Below are positions 10,412 through 20,308 of a stretch of 64,000 nucleotides of DNA, piece after piece; positions within the stretch are counted from its first letter, which is position 1; each line of letters opens with the position of its first letter. The stretch covers positions 434,001 to 498,000 of the forward strand of contig CP074575.1 in the NCBI GenBank assembly GCA_018394315.1, in the 5' to 3' direction. The translations under genes were made by a program, and so were the position numbers. The notes under the pieces were generated by a model. It saw only the letters and a program-made list of their open reading frames with translations, was not told the DNA's origin and did not search any database. The DNA comes from Mycoplasmatota bacterium. Lineage in GTDB: Bacteria > Bacillota_I > Bacilli_A > MAG-NZ.

Positions 10412-10933
10412 TTATGATACTTTTTGTAACAATCTGTAAATAAAATCCTTTAATTTCTCCTCTTGAATTTCTGTTAAAGGCGGTAAATTGCCATTAACCT
10501 TAAGATGATCATCTGTTGTTCCTAAATGAAAGTCAACAATCTCACCGTCAACAATCGTAAGCATCGTAGGAACCCAAATTCTATCATATATTAATGTATC
10601 ATATTCTATTTTTTCTAAATACTCAACTATCTCTTCATACATTAGTAGATAGTTCTTGGTTTTATTTTTTCTTATATTCTCAACATTAAAATAAAATATA
10701 TCAGAATCCACTCCGCTCGTAATATTATTCAGTACTGGCATTAATTCTTGACACCACAGACAATCCGGAAATGAGAATACAAGAACAGCAGTACCATTAT
10801 CTAAGACTTTTAAAACTTCTCTTTCATTTATTTGTTTGATGTTGACTTTTCCTTCAACTCCATCATAATCTTCTTTTATATTACCACAACCAACTAAAAG
10901 TATAATTAAAAATAAACTAAGTGCTTTCTTCAT
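10412..10933 (-). CDS. Thioredoxin-fold lipoprotein
   Basis: LVGC lipobox; CLWC motif; VPT cis-Pro loop. Confidence 0.7.
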   Translation of the reverse strand: MKKALSLFLIILLVGCGNIKEDYDGVEGKVNIKQINEREVLKVLDNGTAVLVFSFPDCLWCQELMPVLNNITSGVDSDIFYFNVENIRKNKTKNYLLMYEEIVEYLEKIEYDTLIYDRIWVPTMLTIVDGEIVDFHLGTTDDHLKVNGNLPPLTEIQEEKLKDFIYRLLQKVS

Positions 10934-10935
10934 TC

Positions 10936-11055
10936 CTAAAACCCTAGCTTTCCTAACAATGAAAACATATTTTTCTTGTACTGCTCTACACCAATCCCAA
11001 CAACTACAACTACTTTAGATTGTTCATCAATATTTAAAGATATATAATTACTCAT
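10936..11055 (-). pseudogene. pgi: Collapsed remnant of glucose-6-phosphate isomerase (39 codons)
   Basis: Translates MSNYISLNIDEQSKVVVVVGIGVEQYKKNMFSLLGKLGF; joins the Pgi LVVIGIG strand to the Pgi C-terminal [17 protein letters not shown] motif. Confidence 0.75.
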
Positions 11056-11386
11056 TCTTCTTCATCTCTTTCAGTTTACTCTCAATCCAAGAACTCATTT
11101 TCTTCTCAATAGTAGTAAAACCAATTTTGTATCTACGATTGATTCTTCTCTCCTTAATTGCTTTATAACTCAGCTTTAGTTTTCTTTGTTCTTGATCTAT
11201 ATCCAACACCTTTAAATCAATAATATCTCCAATTGTTAGATAATCTCTTACGTTACGAACAAACCTATCGGATAATTCAGATATGTGAATTAAGCCAACA
11301 TAATTATCAACTTTAACAAAAACACCATAATTCTGAATACTTGTGACTTTCCCTGTTACAACAGAACCATTTTTAATCATTTTCAT
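11048..11386 (-). CDS. S1 RNA-binding domain protein (YugI/GSP13-like)
   Basis: GKVTSIQNYGVFV, GLIHISE, GFTTI tail. Confidence 0.85.
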   Translation of the reverse strand: MKMIKNGSVVTGKVTSIQNYGVFVKVDNYVGLIHISELSDRFVRNVRDYLTIGDIIDLKVLDIDQEQRKLKLSYKAIKERRINRRYKIGFTTIEKKMSSWIESKLKEMKKNE

Positions 11387-11439
11387 ACACTCCCAGAATT
11401 TATTCCTCTATATTATAGCATAAAAAAAGGAATAACTAT

Positions 11440-11937
11440 TTATTCCTTAATTCTGTTATGAGCAATTCTACTAGCACTAGAAGCAGCGATTGCCCCTATG
11501 ATATCGTCTAAAAAAGTCATACATTTATCAGTTCTTTTACCAATTTTGTCTACCTTATTGATAATCCCTACTTTTTCCTTATCAACATATCCAAAATTAG
11601 TTAATCCAATACTACCATAAACATTTACAATACCAAGAGCCAAGATTTCATCAACTCCATAAAGTGGATAGTCGCTGGCTACTAGTTCATTCAATGGTTC
11701 AGGTAACAACCCTTTTTCACATAATATGTCTAGAGCTATACCAGTAAATATTACATTTTGGACTTCAGTTTTTTCTAATACCTTTATTACGTTTTCTTCA
11801 CAATATTCGATTGTAAGATTCTCATAATATTGTTTTTGTATAGTCAAGGTAATATCAGCGATATCTCTTATTGTTACTCCCCTTGAAAGCAATAGTTTAA
11901 TTGCTTTCTCTTTGTTTACTAAATCAGTGTAAGACAT
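11440..11937 (-). CDS. Phosphatidylglycerophosphatase A family (YutG-like)
   Basis: YGVDEILA, YGSIGLTNFGYVDK, FLDDIIGAIA. Confidence 0.88.
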   Translation of the reverse strand: MSYTDLVNKEKAIKLLLSRGVTIRDIADITLTIQKQYYENLTIEYCEENVIKVLEKTEVQNVIFTGIALDILCEKGLLPEPLNELVASDYPLYGVDEILALGIVNVYGSIGLTNFGYVDKEKVGIINKVDKIGKRTDKCMTFLDDIIGAIAASSASRIAHNRIKE

Positions 11938-12164
11938 TATATTTTTTCAACGCGTAAAACAGATGGTATCTCTTCAAGAATGATTGCTTCTATCCCTTGC
12001 TTTAAAGTAATGTCACTTGAGGCGCATCCTACGCATGCCCCTAAAAGTTCAACGTATACTACACCTTCTTCAAATTTAGCAAACTTAACGTCTCCTCCAT
12101 CTCTTTGAAGATATGGTCTTATTTTATTTATTAGTTCTTTTATTTGCTTTTCTGCTTCACCCAT
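11937..12164 (-). CDS. NifU-like Fe-S scaffold/carrier (YutI/Nfu)
   Basis: IRPYLQRDGGD, GACVGC, TLKQGIE. Confidence 0.92.
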   Translation of the reverse strand: MGEAEKQIKELINKIRPYLQRDGGDVKFAKFEEGVVYVELLGACVGCASSDITLKQGIEAIILEEIPSVLRVEKI

Positions 12165-12444
12165 TTTTTCTTCCTCCTTTTACTCTTTTCAATATATAGA
12201 ACGGACAGCCATAAACACAGGATTCACTTATGTAATCAGGAATATGCTTATAGTTATCTACTTTATTATTATGATGAAACCCCTTAATTCGTAAAATACC
12301 TGCTGAAAAATCCCCCAAAATATAATCGTACTTATCGAAGATTTCTTCAATATACTTACTTTCAAGGTCTTCTAATTCGAAACAATCGCGGTATTCTTTT
12401 ACTAATATGAATTTTCTATTTTTCACTCTAATAATATCTTTCAT
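12157..12444 (-). CDS. yutD: YutD family protein (DUF1027)
   Basis: KYDYILGD, LRIKGF, DYISESCVYGCPFYILK. Confidence 0.85.
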   Translation of the reverse strand: MKDIIRVKNRKFILVKEYRDCFELEDLESKYIEEIFDKYDYILGDFSAGILRIKGFHHNNKVDNYKHIPDYISESCVYGCPFYILKRVKGGRKNG

Positions 12445-12549
12445 TTTTCTCTCCTAAAAAATTACTAGACTCATGTTATTTTATCAAAATACTGTAATTA
12501 TTCAATTGATATACTAAATAAAAGAAAAAATCGAGAAACTAATCTCGAT

Positions 12550-13236
12550 CTATGCATCAATATCTCCTATATCAGATATATCAGAATCTTGGGAAGAACC
12601 TGAATCATTTGGAATTAAAGGTATAGAAGTTCCACCTTGATAATAGTATCTAGGGATATCCCCACTAATAACTTCTATCAATAACGGTAATTCATTTTCT
12701 ACTATTAAATCACTCTTTTGAAAAGGAATAATTGTTTGAAAGTGTACTTCAGTAAATAATATCACTTCTAGTAGCGAATTATTAATAGGATAATCTGTTA
12801 TTCTCGACTTTATATCTACCTTAACACTACTAATTGGTCTAATGTAAATATTTAACTTAGGACCTATTCTAGTAAATAAAGTATCACTAAATACCAACAT
12901 TAGAGGCAATTCTAAACTAAAATCCTCTAGTGATGCTACCTCTTCAGTTACACTTTTCATGACTTTTCCCATGATTGTACTTGTCTGTCTTGTATTTACA
13001 ACTATATTTTCGGTTCCATCAACGGAATCAACATAAATTAATGATGTAGGATCTAAATCACTTAACACTTGTTCTCTAATAGCTTGTTCAATCATTGAAG
13101 TTGTATAATTATAAGCTTTATGTCTAACATATGTAACTACGCTATCTCCAAAGTATCCGTCAATAAATTTAATAAGTAATAAACAAGACAGAATTAGTAA
13201 TATGACTGATACATTACGAAATGAGAAGTAACGCAT
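12550..13236 (-). CDS. yunB: Sporulation protein YunB
   Basis: N-terminal TM; IGPKLNI, INNS, IIPF, ISGDIPRYYY; next to yunC and yutD. Confidence 0.8.
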   Translation of the reverse strand: MRYFSFRNVSVILLILSCLLLIKFIDGYFGDSVVTYVRHKAYNYTTSMIEQAIREQVLSDLDPTSLIYVDSVDGTENIVVNTRQTSTIMGKVMKSVTEEVASLEDFSLELPLMLVFSDTLFTRIGPKLNIYIRPISSVKVDIKSRITDYPINNSLLEVILFTEVHFQTIIPFQKSDLIVENELPLLIEVISGDIPRYYYQGGTSIPLIPNDSGSSQDSDISDIGDIDA

Positions 13237-13522
13237 CTTTAACTAACATTTTCTCGTATATCCCTAGTTCTCTAGCAGCTTCTGTTATATCAAAAAGTTC
13301 AGCATTGAGTAACTCTTCAATTGTCTTTACTCCCAAAGCTCTTCCTGTTACTACTTTCCTTTCTATTAAATGAGGTTTATTAAAAACTGGCACATCCAAA
13401 GCACCGCACATAAAGTAACCTTTCTCATTACCAACGATTAGCAAAGTAGTTTTAGGAAGGTATACTTCTATTCTGTAAAAGTCAAACCCTCTAAGCTTAA
13501 ATAGTCTGTTTTTTATTTCCAT
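13214..13522 (-). CDS. yunC: YunC family protein (DUF1805)
   Basis: LPKTTLL, GYFMCGALDV, GVKTIEELL. Confidence 0.9.
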   Translation of the reverse strand: MEIKNRLFKLRGFDFYRIEVYLPKTTLLIVGNEKGYFMCGALDVPVFNKPHLIERKVVTGRALGVKTIEELLNAELFDITEAARELGIYEKMLVKDALLLIS

Positions 13523-13600
13523 TTAGACACTCCCTTCTATAATATATATGAAATGTATAAAAATAGAATGATATCAAATAATACTCTTGAGGTGGAAATT

Positions 13601-14074
13601 ATGAAAATCAGCGCTATTATGACTAGAAAAGTATTTTACTTAGGTAAAAATAATTCAGTGAGTGAGGCAGTTAAAATCATGGGTTCTGAAGATGTTGGAG
13701 CAATACCTATAACGGATCAATTTAATAAAGTTATAGGAATAATAACAGATAGAGATATTGTTATAAGATGCTTATATCAAGATGGTTCGCTTGAGTTAGC
13801 TCTTGAAAACTATATGACATCCAATGTAACAACAGTTGAGGAAGAGGCAACAATTGGAACTGTTATTACTTTGATGAGCGAAAAACAAATCAAAAGAATC
13901 CCAGTAACAAACCACGAAGGTAAATTGACTGGAATTGTTTCATTAGGTGATTTAGCTACCCATTCCGCATCTGATGGGAAAAGTAGTGAAGCCTTAAGGA
14001 ATATTTCATTACCATCAAATGACCACGTATCAAATCCAAATCACGACAATAAAGTGGATAATTTTCCATTATAA
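13601..14074 (+). CDS. CBS-pair protein (YhcV/YlbB-like)
   Basis: GIITDRDIVIR, QIKRIPV, GIVSLGDLA; RBS GAGGTGG before 13601. Confidence 0.88.
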   Translation: MKISAIMTRKVFYLGKNNSVSEAVKIMGSEDVGAIPITDQFNKVIGIITDRDIVIRCLYQDGSLELALENYMTSNVTTVEEEATIGTVITLMSEKQIKRIPVTNHEGKLTGIVSLGDLATHSASDGKSSEALRNISLPSNDHVSNPNHDNKVDNFPL

Positions 14075-14178
14075 CAAAAGCACCATTAATAATAGGTGCT
14101 TTGTGTTGAAATATGAATCTGTATAAAAATGAGTTGGTGAGTATATTTACATCAGCTTTTTTCAAATTTATACTATAA

Positions 14179-14760
14179 CTAATGTTTTTCTTTTTCTTTC
14201 GCTAATTCTTTCAGCCGTCTATTAATATAATTATCCATTTTCATCAGCATTTCGTCTAATTTCACTTCAGAATGCTCTTCTATAAGGGTTTCCCTTAATT
14301 TTTGTCTACTGATTTTAATCTGCTTTTGAAAAACGATATTAAAATATAGAACTAATGTCAATAATGCCGTAAATAAGCCAATTAACCCCGATGTAAGTAA
14401 TTCAAATAATAATGAATAAATCACTGTAGAAAAAATTGCAATCGCAACCAACACTATTAAGAACCTCTTTGAATTATCCTTTGAAATTTTAGATAAAAAA
14501 TTAGACTGTGCAGATAATGACGATTCCGAATAATAATCAGGAATTAAGTTGTACAATTCTTTCTCAATCAAAATGTAAAACTTATCTTGATCACTTTTTA
14601 TGTGAAATAACCTTTGGTCCGGTAATTCTTCTTTTATAGGGTGATCCTCAATAAAGTAAACTCTAAAATCTTTTTTACCAACTTTATATTTCTTAAATGG
14701 TTCTCCTGGGTTTAAGAAAGGATCAATACTTTTATTTTTATTAAAAATCATAATCTTCAA
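14179..14760 (-). CDS. Hypothetical membrane protein
   Basis: 193-aa ORF with two TM segments; coupled to the upstream RDD gene. Confidence 0.6.
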   Translation of the reverse strand: MKIMIFNKNKSIDPFLNPGEPFKKYKVGKKDFRVYFIEDHPIKEELPDQRLFHIKSDQDKFYILIEKELYNLIPDYYSESSLSAQSNFLSKISKDNSKRFLIVLVAIAIFSTVIYSLLFELLTSGLIGLFTALLTLVLYFNIVFQKQIKISRQKLRETLIEEHSEVKLDEMLMKMDNYINRRLKELAKEKEKH

Positions 14761-15223
14761 TAACTTTCGTGTTCATAAGTATATCTCTTATAGTTTGTCT
14801 ATCTTCTCTTAAAGCAACCATTAAAAAATCAATTAGTGCTCCTAATCCAAATGTAAAGGTCCACCATAATTCTTTGAAGATAACTTCTCTTGCAAATAGT
14901 GTTCCAAAAGATAAATTAGAATCACCCAATTTTTCAACACGAATTCCACATATTTTCCTTCCAATAGTTTTACCATTCCAAAGTAGTGGAAGTATTACAA
15001 AGTAAAGAACTCTCGTTACTAAACTTATCAGAAATGATAATTTCATAAACTCTATATAGTCCCACTGAAAAAATAAAAAATCATTTTCGAATGGTAATGT
15101 GTTTTCAACAGTGAATTGGAAAACCTTCCTTAGAAAAGAAAACAGAAATGGTAAATAAAATATACCCAGAATAATTTCATCTACAAAATAGCTACCAAAT
15201 CTTCTAATAGCATTACTTCTCAT
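14741..15223 (-). CDS. RDD family protein
   Basis: RRFGSYFVD, GKTIGRKICGIRV, RQTIRD. Confidence 0.85.
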   Translation of the reverse strand: MRSNAIRRFGSYFVDEIILGIFYLPFLFSFLRKVFQFTVENTLPFENDFLFFQWDYIEFMKLSFLISLVTRVLYFVILPLLWNGKTIGRKICGIRVEKLGDSNLSFGTLFAREVIFKELWWTFTFGLGALIDFLMVALREDRQTIRDILMNTKVIEDYDF

Positions 15224-15704
15224 TGCTTCCCTCCTTTATAAGTACAGTAGCCGTAGCCATTATACCTTCACCCTTACCAATAAATCCTAGTTTCTCAGTT
15301 GTCGTAGCTTTTACAGATACTTGACTGATATTTACCTCTAGCAAGTTTGCAATGTTTTTACGAATGTCATGAATATAATTAATTAACTTAGGTTTTTCTG
15401 CTAATATCATGCAATCAATATTATTTATTAAATAACCATGACTCTTACATAGTTTTAAGGCTTCGGTAACAAAAAACTTAGATTCCTTATCTTTATACTG
15501 AGAATCTGTATCAGGAAACAAATTGCCTAAGTCTCCTAGAGCTAAAGCACCTAAAATACTTTCAGCGACTACATGTAATAAAACATCTGCATCAGAATGA
15601 CCCCTTAACCCTTTAAAGGAAATTTTAACTCCACCCAAAATTAGTTGCTTATCTGGATCAAATTGATGAACATCAACAGAGTGTCCAATTCGCATAGGCA
15701 TCAT
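15213..15704 (-). CDS. ispF: 2-C-methyl-D-erythritol 2,4-cyclodiphosphate synthase
   Basis: RIGHSVDVH, GHSDADVLLH, KATTTEKLGF. Confidence 0.97.
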   Translation of the reverse strand: MMPMRIGHSVDVHQFDPDKQLILGGVKISFKGLRGHSDADVLLHVVAESILGALALGDLGNLFPDTDSQYKDKESKFFVTEALKLCKSHGYLINNIDCMILAEKPKLINYIHDIRKNIANLLEVNISQVSVKATTTEKLGFIGKGEGIMATATVLIKEGSNEK

Positions 15705-16351
15705 CTCCTTAATTTATCAAAAACATCAAAATCTTCTTTATATGTTACTTTAATATTCATTATGCTTCCTTTAACTAAGGAAATCTTTTCATCCGAATAT
15801 TTTTCAATCAGTGCTATATCATCTGTTGCTATGAATTTTTGATGCTTCGCACGCTTATGCACATCAAGAAGTAATTCTCTTTTCCCACATTGAGGAGTTT
15901 GAACAATATACTTATTCTCCCTAGTTATGGTTTTAAATTTATTATCTTTTATTTCTTTCAAGCTGTCACTTAAAGGTAATCCCACTACACAAGCAGAATT
16001 TACTTGCATTGCCTTTTTACACTTTTTAATTATTTTTGTACTCACTAAAGGTCTTGCACCATCATGAATAAATACAACATCATTCGTTGCAGCTTCAATA
16101 CCCTTACATACACTTTCTTGTCTAAATTCTCCACCAACCACTAATTTAATTTTATTAGATGTAAACATTTCAAATTTCTTTAATTCTTTCTTAGAAACAA
16201 CCAAAATGATTTCCGTAAAGTCCGGATCATATATAAACTTACTAATTGTATACTCAATTAAATGCAATCCATCAACTTTATATAACAATTTATTCACATT
16301 AAGCTTTGTTCTTGTACCTTTCCCAGCACAAGGAATAACCACACTATACAT
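15701..16351 (-). CDS. ispD: 2-C-methyl-D-erythritol 4-phosphate cytidylyltransferase
   Basis: AGKGTR, RQESV, IHDGARP, QTPQ, TDD, NIKVT. Confidence 0.95.
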   Translation of the reverse strand: MYSVVIPCAGKGTRTKLNVNKLLYKVDGLHLIEYTISKFIYDPDFTEIILVVSKKELKKFEMFTSNKIKLVVGGEFRQESVCKGIEAATNDVVFIHDGARPLVSTKIIKKCKKAMQVNSACVVGLPLSDSLKEIKDNKFKTITRENKYIVQTPQCGKRELLLDVHKRAKHQKFIATDDIALIEKYSDEKISLVKGSIMNIKVTYKEDFDVFDKLRR

Positions 16352-16353
16352 TT

Positions 16354-16863
16354 TTACCACCTATAAATTTTTTTATCTGTTATCAACAAGTCCAATCGGA
16401 CATCGTGATCCTCTTTTGGAATATTATCAACAACTTGAAAATCAAAACACACACCAATCTTAACAATATCTCTATTCATTAAATACTTATCATAATAACC
16501 TTTACCATATCCAATTCGGTAACCATTCTTATCATACACACTACCAGGAATAAAAATAATATCTACTTCCATTTCTTCTCCAGTTGGCTCTAGAATATCA
16601 TACATCCCTCTTTCAAAGTCACCATTAAACCTATATAAAGACATTTCATCGATAATCTTCGGTAATGCTACTTTTTTATTAAGTAACATCGTTAGGTCTA
16701 CTTCATTTTTAATAGGCATATATAACCCTAATCTGCAGTCTAAATTGATTTCCTTTTCTATTTTGTTATGAATAACTCTACTTTTACTAATAACTTCATC
16801 TTTAGTAAGTTCCATCCTATTTACTAAAGCTACTTTCCTTAGTTCTTTCTTAGTTAAGCACAT
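16354..16863 (-). CDS. 5-formyltetrahydrofolate cyclo-ligase
   Basis: RIGYGKGYYD, EDHDVRLD. Confidence 0.93.
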   Translation of the reverse strand: MCLTKKELRKVALVNRMELTKDEVISKSRVIHNKIEKEINLDCRLGLYMPIKNEVDLTMLLNKKVALPKIIDEMSLYRFNGDFERGMYDILEPTGEEMEVDIIFIPGSVYDKNGYRIGYGKGYYDKYLMNRDIVKIGVCFDFQVVDNIPKEDHDVRLDLLITDKKIYRW

Positions 16864-18406
16864 CTCGGATATCCTTGTAGAAACAAAATTTATGTTTATA
16901 ATAGTCTTTTTTTGCCATATTCACTGCACTTTCACAAGCTTTAATTAATTCATCTAAAGAGCCAGTATCATTAGGATATTCTACAATACCAATACTAGGT
17001 TCCATAGACATATCCATCTCACCCATTTTAATGTTTAGATTAAACAAGTCGCTTCCAGATAATAAACTCTTAGTCACAACTGAAAAGTCTATCAAGTCAT
17101 CGATTATTATTGCGTATTCATGAATGCTTAATTCATATACTTTCGAAGTTTTTCTAGTATAATTTCTTTTAAGTTTCTTAACAAACTCATCAACAATATG
17201 GCTAGTAGCTTCTCTACCATATTTAACATTCATATCCTTAATCTGATCAAGATTTAATCTAAGATAACCAAAAGGTCTTTTTTCCTTAATATATTCTTTA
17301 ATCGCTAGTTTTAATTCTAACTCATCTGGAAAAGTAACTTTCTTAGTAACTCTTCCACTATCAAGTTCTCTAATTATTCCTATTGTAAGTTTTCCATCAG
17401 TAGTATCAACTAATTTTCCTTCTTCTAATATCCAACGATAACTATTTTTACTCTTGTACCTATATGTAGCTCGGTATTCACCTTTACTTTTTTTGATTCT
17501 CATTTGTTTATCATAGTTTTCTAAATCACCGGGATGGATATTTAAATATAGATCTTTTATATTAGCAACATTCATATCCAAACCTAGTATTTCCTTTAGT
17601 CTATCAGTACCCCACAACTCATTAGTCTCCTCATTCAAATAGAAAACACCCTCAGAGGTTAACTCAATAGTTGAAATAAACCTTATCTGTAAATCATTAT
17701 ATTCATTTAATAAGTTATGGTATTTATGTTTAGATTTTGTTGAATCTAATGACGATATTTTCTCGCCAATTACTATTCTTCCTTTAAATTTATTGTTTAT
17801 AAAAATGGGTTTTTCAACAACATGGATAATTTCTTTCTTATCGTCTACTGTTTTATAAGTAAATTCAATTTCAACTGCTTTTTGAGAGTTGATCGTTGCT
17901 ATATACCTTATATAATGTTGTTCAAGGTAATTATTATTAATTTCTTTATCGTTCATCTTTAAAAAATCAAGTGATTTATTAATAATATCAAAGAATTTTC
18001 TCCCGATTACCTTATCTTTAGTTAATTTAATGTCCTCTAAAAATGAATCTGAGATATCTACAAATCTTTCATTTTCATCAATAACAAAATAGATATTATT
18101 TTTTAACTCTTTAATAGATTTAATAAATAGATGATAGTAGTTCGCCTTTAACCCTGAGGCCTTCAAAGTAGTAAACAATCCATATGCAAAAAACAAAATA
18201 TTTAATACTACAAAGACTCTATATATCATATTATAAATACTACTTTCAATAACTAAACTATAAGTAAAAACCACAAGAAAACTAACAAGCAAATTGAAAA
18301 GTGCGACACCCAATTTTAACTTGCTTATTCTCTCAATAAGAATATTTTCATTTACTAGTAAGAATACTGCAAAAAAATTTAGAAGAAGTAAATAAATAGG
18401 TTCCAT
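16850..18406 (-). CDS. Membrane PAS-PAS-GGDEF protein with degenerate GGDEF motif
   Basis: Three TM segments, PAS motifs (IHPGD, YRWI); C-terminal LDQIKDMNVKYG...VYELSIHEY...SIGIVEYP. Confidence 0.75.
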   Translation of the reverse strand: MEPIYLLLLNFFAVFLLVNENILIERISKLKLGVALFNLLVSFLVVFTYSLVIESSIYNMIYRVFVVLNILFFAYGLFTTLKASGLKANYYHLFIKSIKELKNNIYFVIDENERFVDISDSFLEDIKLTKDKVIGRKFFDIINKSLDFLKMNDKEINNNYLEQHYIRYIATINSQKAVEIEFTYKTVDDKKEIIHVVEKPIFINNKFKGRIVIGEKISSLDSTKSKHKYHNLLNEYNDLQIRFISTIELTSEGVFYLNEETNELWGTDRLKEILGLDMNVANIKDLYLNIHPGDLENYDKQMRIKKSKGEYRATYRYKSKNSYRWILEEGKLVDTTDGKLTIGIIRELDSGRVTKKVTFPDELELKLAIKEYIKEKRPFGYLRLNLDQIKDMNVKYGREATSHIVDEFVKKLKRNYTRKTSKVYELSIHEYAIIIDDLIDFSVVTKSLLSGSDLFNLNIKMGEMDMSMEPSIGIVEYPNDTGSLDELIKACESAVNMAKKDYYKHKFCFYKDIRDVLN

Positions 18407-18414
18407 AAGTACTC

Positions 18415-18774
18415 CTATAAATTATCTATTAGCATTTCAGCTGTCTTTCTATTTGTAGCTAATGGAATTTCATAAATATCTGACAATCTAAGCAGTGCAC
18501 TTACATCTGGTTCATGTGGATGTGCCGTTAGAGGATCACGCAAGAAAATAATCATATCAATTTCTCCTCTAGATACCTTGGCCCCAATTTCTTGGTCACC
18601 GCCAAGTGGTCCAGATTTATAACAATGTACTGGTAATCCTATTTCATCCATAATTCTTTTTCCAGTAGTTCCTGTTCCAAATAACTGATGTTTGATAAAT
18701 TTATCTTTATGTTTATTAACTAATTCAATCATTTGTTTCTTTTTATTATCATGTGCTATTAATGCAACCTTCAT
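18415..18774 (-). CDS. mgsA: Methylglyoxal synthase
   Basis: [29 protein letters not shown]. Confidence 0.97.
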   Translation of the reverse strand: MKVALIAHDNKKKQMIELVNKHKDKFIKHQLFGTGTTGKRIMDEIGLPVHCYKSGPLGGDQEIGAKVSRGEIDMIIFLRDPLTAHPHEPDVSALLRLSDIYEIPLATNRKTAEMLIDNL

Positions 18775-19019
18775 AAAATAATCCTCCTCGGTATTCATAA
18801 TAATTATAACATATCATACGCTTAAGCATTCAAGATTATTGTAATTATATATTTTAAAATTTCACCCCTATATTTTCAGTTAATAATACTAAAGTAATAT
18901 TACGTGTGTTAAAATAAGACTCATTAATTGTTTCCCTTAGTTCTTGTCAAGAATTTTAGATATGGTATAATTGTAAGACTTATAGAATGTATAAAAGAAT
19001 AAACTAGGGGGATAAGGTC

Positions 19020-20243
19020 GTGGAAAAAGTAGAAAGACTGTGGAATAGAAATTTTAGTATTATTACAATAGGTTCATTTATATCAATGCTTGGTGGTGTC
19101 GCAGCAAACTTCGCTATGGGGCTATTTGTATATAGAGAAACTGACTCAATCTTGATGTTTGCTTTGTTTATTGCTATAAACCATGTCCCAACAATTATCT
19201 TAGCGCCAATAATAGGGCCCTATATCGATACACATAGTAGAAAGAAAATAATTGTTGGATTAGATTTCTTATTTGGGTTTTTATTTTTAGGAGTAGCATA
19301 CGCTATCTACCAAATAGGATTTGACATAGCTATATATTTAGTAATTTCATTTTTTATTAGTCTTTTAGGAAGTATATATCGAGCAGCATATGAAGGTTTA
19401 TATCCAGATACGATTACTAAGGGAAAGATGCAAAAAGCATATTCCATTTCGAGTTTAATTTGGCCGGTATCCCAAATTATTGTTATGCCGATAGTTGTAT
19501 CTGTATACGATTATATCGGCATAGAGGGTATAATGATTATTAATGCGATATCTTATTTCATAGCTGCAATGGCTGAAACATTAATCAATGTTAAGGAGTC
19601 AATAAAAGTAAACAGTACATCTTCATTTGTTACAGATTTTAAGGAGAGTATTAGCTACTTAAGAGAAGAAAAAGGTATATTTGCATTAAATATACGATCA
19701 TTTTTTACATCATTAACCTGGGGTGCAATTATGTCTGTAATGCTTCCTTATTTTGAAACAACACCAGGATTCGGTGCTGATAAATACGCCAAGCTAGCGT
19801 TATTTATGACTGGGGCAAGAGTTGTGACGGGTTTACTGCATTCAACAGTAATTAAATATCCAGTTAAATATAAATTCAGGATTTCGTTTATTATTCACAT
19901 TGTTTTAGAAATACCAACATTCTTAATATTTATCATTCCGCTATTAGGTATGCAAATACTATGGACGATAATTGGTGCACTAGGTATAATTACAATCGTT
20001 ATTAGAGAGAGCGCAATTAAGAGTTATATACCTGGGGTTATTCGAGGAAGACTTGCTACTATCATGATAGTTGTTAACTCAGTTGCATTGATCTCTGGTA
20101 CTCTTCTAGGAGGATTTATAGCTGAGAATTGCGGGTACAAATACATTGGATTTATTTTTGGTATATTAGGTCTATGTGCTACAATTACTATTTTCACAAG
20201 ATACGGTAAACAAATGTCTAAAGTTTACAATGTAGAAGTTTAA
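19020..20243 (+). CDS. MFS transporter (DHA3-like)
   Basis: About 12 TM segments; GPYIDTHSRKKII MFS motif A variant. Confidence 0.85.
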   Translation: MEKVERLWNRNFSIITIGSFISMLGGVAANFAMGLFVYRETDSILMFALFIAINHVPTIILAPIIGPYIDTHSRKKIIVGLDFLFGFLFLGVAYAIYQIGFDIAIYLVISFFISLLGSIYRAAYEGLYPDTITKGKMQKAYSISSLIWPVSQIIVMPIVVSVYDYIGIEGIMIINAISYFIAAMAETLINVKESIKVNSTSSFVTDFKESISYLREEKGIFALNIRSFFTSLTWGAIMSVMLPYFETTPGFGADKYAKLALFMTGARVVTGLLHSTVIKYPVKYKFRISFIIHIVLEIPTFLIFIIPLLGMQILWTIIGALGIITIVIRESAIKSYIPGVIRGRLATIMIVVNSVALISGTLLGGFIAENCGYKYIGFIFGILGLCATITIFTRYGKQMSKVYNVEV

Positions 20244-20252
20244 ATTCTAATA

Positions 20253-20284
20253 GGAGATTGAAACTATTTTCAGTCTCTTTTTTT
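20253..20284 (+). terminator. Intrinsic terminator after the MFS gene
   Basis: GGAGATTGAAA-CTAT-TTTCAGTCTCT followed by a T-run. Confidence 0.7.
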
Positions 20285-20308
20285 ATAAAAAAAGAACACA
20301 TAAGTGTT

